Shown here in pieces: positions 61,160 to 64,000 of a stretch of DNA of 64,000 nucleotides. The stretch is from Entomortierella parvispora E1425. Taxonomy: Eukaryota > Fungi > Mortierellomycota. Position numbers and translations under genes: made by a program. How positions within the stretch are numbered: the stretch's first letter is position 1; every line of letters begins with the position of its first letter. Location of the stretch: contig BQFW01000006.1 of the NCBI GenBank assembly GCA_020891255.1, positions 2,356,001 through 2,420,000 of the forward strand, in the 5' to 3' direction. The notes under the pieces were generated by a model. That model searched no databases, was not told the DNA's origin, and was given only the letters and a program-made list of their open reading frames with translations.

Positions 61160-63778
61160 TTACAAGATGATGGATAAGAAGGCCGATTGTAGGTTATAAA
61201 GGTGGTTGGTCCCATGGACGAGGTAAACTCCTCCAAACAAAAGCGACAACATGACCATACCGGATACAGCTTGAGATTCTGGTAGCAAAGACAAGAGAGG
61301 TAATGAAGAAGACGGAGATGATAAAGTAGATGTTGATGAAGTCGAAGAGGTCGTGGAGGAAGACAGCGAGGACGAAGGGAGGAGGGAGAGGTTACTCTGA
61401 CTATTTCTCCGTTTGGAAGACCATTTCTTGACCGAGTTGATTCCTTTGGGTTTTGAGATGGAAGAGGATGTCAAGTAATCCTCTGCAGGGTGACCCTTTT
61501 CCAGTTGCGGTGGATGATGAGGCTGAAGCGGGTGTTCTTGTATCTCTTGATCGTAAAACAATTGCCGGGACTGAGAGAAATGCAAAGGCTCCAGGGGATG
61601 AGGCGGATGTTGCATGGGTATCTGGGCTGAATATGGCTCGAGGCAGATCTGGTCAAATTCGGCCTGTTGTTGGTAGTGCTGCGGTGGTAGTTGTTGTTGT
61701 GATGAGCAGTATGGGTATTCTGGATGCTGAAGAGGCGATTGAGAAGAGTAGACGGTTGAGGTGGTAGTTGCAGTCGATCCACGCAGATGTTCCAATTCGG
61801 TGGTTCGGATCTGTCGTCTTCGACTTGGATTGTTTCGACTGCGAATCATTGTCCAGTAGTCCATCATCTCCTCGGCTTCTTCTTCAACTCGGTCCTTCCT
61901 GGAAAGTCCCCTTTCGTCATCTTCGCTTTCTTCCTCTTCTCTGGTGGTACCTAGTTCTAATTCTTCCAGCCTCCGGACAGAGTATAGATCTGGTTCTGAG
62001 TAAGAGGATCGTCGAGCGCCTCGAATAGAGAGTTTCCTGTCCTTGAACAGTGACGACACTGACGATCCAACACCGACTCCCGCCGCAGCTTTGATATCTG
62101 CTTCCTCCATTTCATGGTCCTCCTCTTTCAGAGAGTCATTGTTTCCGCCCAACATGCCTCCGTACCAGGAATGAGGTCGCTTATTTTGCTTCTCTCTTTC
62201 TGGTCTTGAGGATATTGTTCGTTTCAAAGACAGAGTCGTCGATAGCGAAGCAAGCGACGGTAAAGATTGCGTCCATGGTACCTTGATCAGTTTCTTCTTT
62301 TCTTCTACAGCCACTCCTGATCTCTCATCCCCGATCTCTTTCTCGAAATTCACGTCGTCCTCCCGTTCTGCAGTCAACACGTTATACTTGACAAGATTCG
62401 AGCTCACTTTTGGTCTTGCCTTATCACCCTTATTGGCATCTGTTCCGAATCCAGTCCTTTTTGGCAAGGCGCCTGTCGAGGGTCCAGGAGCCCTGGGCAT
62501 ATCTGCCCGAAGTCGACCATATTGGATAAGTTCCGCCTGAGTCATGATCTGCTTCATGAGCACGTACCGCCGGATTGGCTGATGAGAATGCAAGTGATGA
62601 GCGGCGTGAACATACATCCGGCCGAGATCTGTAGACGAAATGGTGCCCAGGATCTGGGCTGACATGGCTGGATCCAATAAAAAACTGGAGGAGGGGTGTT
62701 GTTGGCGATGTCGACGTCTTGGAGGTGCTTGTGGTTGTGGGGGATGACATGGCTTTGAGAGATCCTTCAAGAGGGCGGCCGTCGATAGGGGTGGATTGGA
62801 CGTGTCCGTCAACGAGGGTCGGGTGTGTGGATGACTGTACCACGAGAGCGCGTCAGAATCTGTAGGAATTGTTGTCGTGGACGAAACCTTGATCAGAGAA
62901 GGTTGCGGCGCGTTGTTTGTGCGACTTTCGGGGATGTTGAGGGAGGGCAAGAGGACAGGCAAAGGGCGCGGGGAGATGACCACTGGGGGGGTTTCCTTCA
63001 TTGGGTCATCTCTACACAACTCAAGAGAAGATGGAGGCGAAAGCAATGGCGGGGAAGGAAGTAGGGTGTGGGCTGCACTGTTTGACTCTGGTTTCTGTCC
63101 ATGGTGGTGATGGTGATGGTGCACGTACAGATGGATCGCAAGACTCGATGGCGACTCTGGAGAGGAGGCAGTCAAGGGTGGTGAGGGTAGGATAGATGCT
63201 TGTGTCTGCGTATGCAATGGAGGAATGGTGATTCGCGGTGTGGATAGCAGGCGCTGTTTCCTGGGTGACTTTTCTATCTGTGGTTCCTGCTGCGCTTCGT
63301 ACAGATTGGAATCGTTCTCCATCATCGTCACTTCGAGTCCCAAGTCTCCCAGCTTTTCGACATAGGATGACGGAGGCGAGAGTCGACGATGAGTCTGCCG
63401 CTGGTCGTGATTCTGTTGGATACGCTGTTGCGGTTGCGGCTGCGGTTGCGGTTGCTGTTGCTGTTGCTGATGCTGTTGTCGCAACAACTTCAGTCTCTGT
63501 ATTGACTCGGCAGAAATATGTGAATGTTCATTACCCATCCCACCTGCTCCGCCACCGCCATCACGTCGACGACCACGATGATCTCGATCCCTCGAGGGGG
63601 GTTGTAGACCATTCATGAAGGCCAGTTCATGGTACTTTTCATCCAGATCCGAATTCCTATCTTTGCCCACTGGAAGACCGAATGAAAGGTCTCTATTATT
63701 TCTGGCTCGGTTGTTGAGGTTGTCGAGGAATGTCTGGGCTTGAGCACACCGGGGTACCGGGGGACAGACAGACTGCAT
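61160..63778 (-). CDS. hypothetical low-complexity protein (872 aa ORF) with short conserved-looking helical motif
   Basis: Long uninterrupted ORF with Q, H, S and P runs and acidic tracts; hydrophobic C-terminus; exact termini uncertain. Confidence 0.7.
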   Translation of the reverse strand: MQSVCPPVPRCAQAQTFLDNLNNRARNNRDLSFGLPVGKDRNSDLDEKYHELAFMNGLQPPSRDRDHRGRRRDGGGGAGGMGNEHSHISAESIQRLKLLRQQHQQQQQQPQPQPQPQQRIQQNHDQRQTHRRLSPPSSYVEKLGDLGLEVTMMENDSNLYEAQQEPQIEKSPRKQRLLSTPRITIPPLHTQTQASILPSPPLTASSPESPSSLAIHLYVHHHHHHHGQKPESNSAAHTLLPSPPLLSPPSSLELCRDDPMKETPPVVISPRPLPVLLPSLNIPESRTNNAPQPSLIKVSSTTTIPTDSDALSWYSHPHTRPSLTDTSNPPLSTAALLKDLSKPCHPPQPQAPPRRRHRQQHPSSSFLLDPAMSAQILGTISSTDLGRMYVHAAHHLHSHQPIRRYVLMKQIMTQAELIQYGRLRADMPRAPGPSTGALPKRTGFGTDANKGDKARPKVSSNLVKYNVLTAEREDDVNFEKEIGDERSGVAVEEKKKLIKVPWTQSLPSLASLSTTLSLKRTISSRPEREKQNKRPHSWYGGMLGGNNDSLKEEDHEMEEADIKAAAGVGVGSSVSSLFKDRKLSIRGARRSSYSEPDLYSVRRLEELELGTTREEEESEDDERGLSRKDRVEEEAEEMMDYWTMIRSRNNPSRRRQIRTTELEHLRGSTATTTSTVYSSQSPLQHPEYPYCSSQQQLPPQHYQQQAEFDQICLEPYSAQIPMQHPPHPLEPLHFSQSRQLFYDQEIQEHPLQPHHPPQLEKGHPAEDYLTSSSISKPKGINSVKKWSSKRRNSQSNLSLLPSSSLSSSTTSSTSSTSTLSSPSSSLPLLSLLPESQAVSGMVMLSLLFGGVYLVHGTNHLYNLQSAFLSIIL

Positions 63779-64000
63779 CCTTCTTGTTGAATAACTCTGT
63801 GCCTTTTTGTTTTACGGTGTCGGATTTTCACAATGAGAGACGAGGAATATGATGAGATGCACCAACAAAAGAAGATCAAATGATCCGAACAAGGTGGATC
63901 GAGCTCAATGGGTTGATGAGCGAGTGGGAAGAGGCAGAATGTGCAGTTCTGCTTTGTTTAAAGGATTGTGAACAGGGTATCTCGTGTGATGGGTATATGG

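Overview
Eukaryotic, intron-rich, gene-dense fungal DNA. Gene content and style suggest an early-diverging fungus, probably Mortierellaceae (inference). Recognisable housekeeping genes are UBE2G1/UBC7-type E2, a MINPP1-like histidine phosphatase, RPS2, GFA1, a GH47 mannosidase, a metallophosphoesterase, a YPK1/Gad8-like kinase, HIR1 and a Gfd2/QIP-like exonuclease. Secreted or surface families are three tandem 4-Cys small secreted proteins and two LysM proteins with GPI-like tails. There is also a class C (GABA-B-like) GPCR with an apparent PH-like cytoplasmic domain, tRNA-Asn(GTT) and tRNA-Leu(CAA). An accessory-looking block at about 31-43 kb holds a full-length chromodomain Ty3/gypsy element with identical 111-bp LTRs and a 5-bp TSD. 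It interrupts an F-box/LRR gene whose reading frame is restored when the element is removed. The element has an extended tRNA-iMet primer site, a -1 frameshift signal, and a 13-bp LTR segment complementary to host DNA 5 bp from its target site. No CRISPR arrays or rRNA were seen. Exon boundaries were inferred by eye.
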